This document shows positions 63,605 through 64,000 of a DNA stretch of 64,000 bases, piece by piece; position 1 is the stretch's first letter, and every line of letters begins with the position of its first letter. Source of the stretch: Octopus bimaculoides. Its lineage: Eukaryota. The notes under the pieces were generated by a model that saw nothing but the letters and a program-made list of their open reading frames with translations, made no database searches and was not told the origin of the DNA. The translations under genes and the position numbers were made by a program. Location: the NCBI RefSeq assembly GCF_001194135.2, contig NC_068988.1, forward strand, positions 34,704,633 to 34,768,632, in the 5' to 3' direction.

Positions 63605-64000
63605 GTTGAGGCATGGCTGTGTCATGAACAAGTTTGTTTTCCTACCACCTAGTTTCAGATTCAGTAACATTGTGTGGCACATTGGGCAAGAATATCTTCT
63701 ATTATAGCCCTAGGCTAATCAAAGCCTTGTGACTAAATTTGGTACAGAGAAACTGAAAGAAGCTTTCCATGTATATTTAAAGTCACATTGAATATGATAA
63801 GCATCAATCTGATATAATCTATTTTTTAATCTTTTACTTGTTTCAGCCATTGGACTTCAGCCATGCTGGGGCATGCCGTAAAGGGTTTAATTGAACAAAT
63901 GAACCCCAGTTCTTTTTCTTTTCTTAAGTTTGGTACTTAGCCTATTGATCTCATTTGTCCAAAGTTCTAACTATTGGAGGCATAAGAACACACACACACA
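63605..64000. mobile_element. SINE A head (plus, about 63605-63780) followed by a SINE A1 tail (minus, about 63825-64000)
   Basis: GGCATGGCTGTGTC...GGCACATTGGGCAAG head, then ATCTTTTACTTGTTTCAGCCATTGG...AAGGGTTTAATTGAAC. Confidence 0.75.

Overview
AT-rich, repeat-dense animal DNA from a draft assembly with seven N gaps. The repeat families and the (CA)n/(TA)n/(CAT)n/(TAA)n microsatellite load resemble an Octopus (coleoid cephalopod) genome; that assignment is my inference. I can support no host protein-coding exon, tRNA or rRNA. Most ORFs in the track are microsatellite or gap artefacts. The real coding remnants are all mobile: a 5'-truncated RTE-clade LINE (1153-2950, minus), a Penelope-type GIY-YIG endonuclease ORF (13195-13716, minus), four R4/Dong-like restriction-like-endonuclease LINE 3' fragments, and a gag-like zinc-knuckle ORF ending in a Helitron-type 3' terminus (47340-48325, minus). 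There are also several tRNA-derived SINE families and TTAA-, hAT- and Tigger-type MITEs. Best lead: two plus-strand sites about 54.5 kb apart (AG|GT at 7090/7091 and 61611/61612) where a strong 3' splice site abuts a consensus 5' splice site (CAG|GTAAGT, CAG|GTGAGT). This is the signature of recursive-splicing ratchet points in a giant intron. Second lead: a SINE family and Dong-like LINEs repeatedly share the same (TAA)n tracts in opposite polarity. Repeat boundaries are estimated by eye, and family labels A1/A2/B/C/D/E/F are my own.
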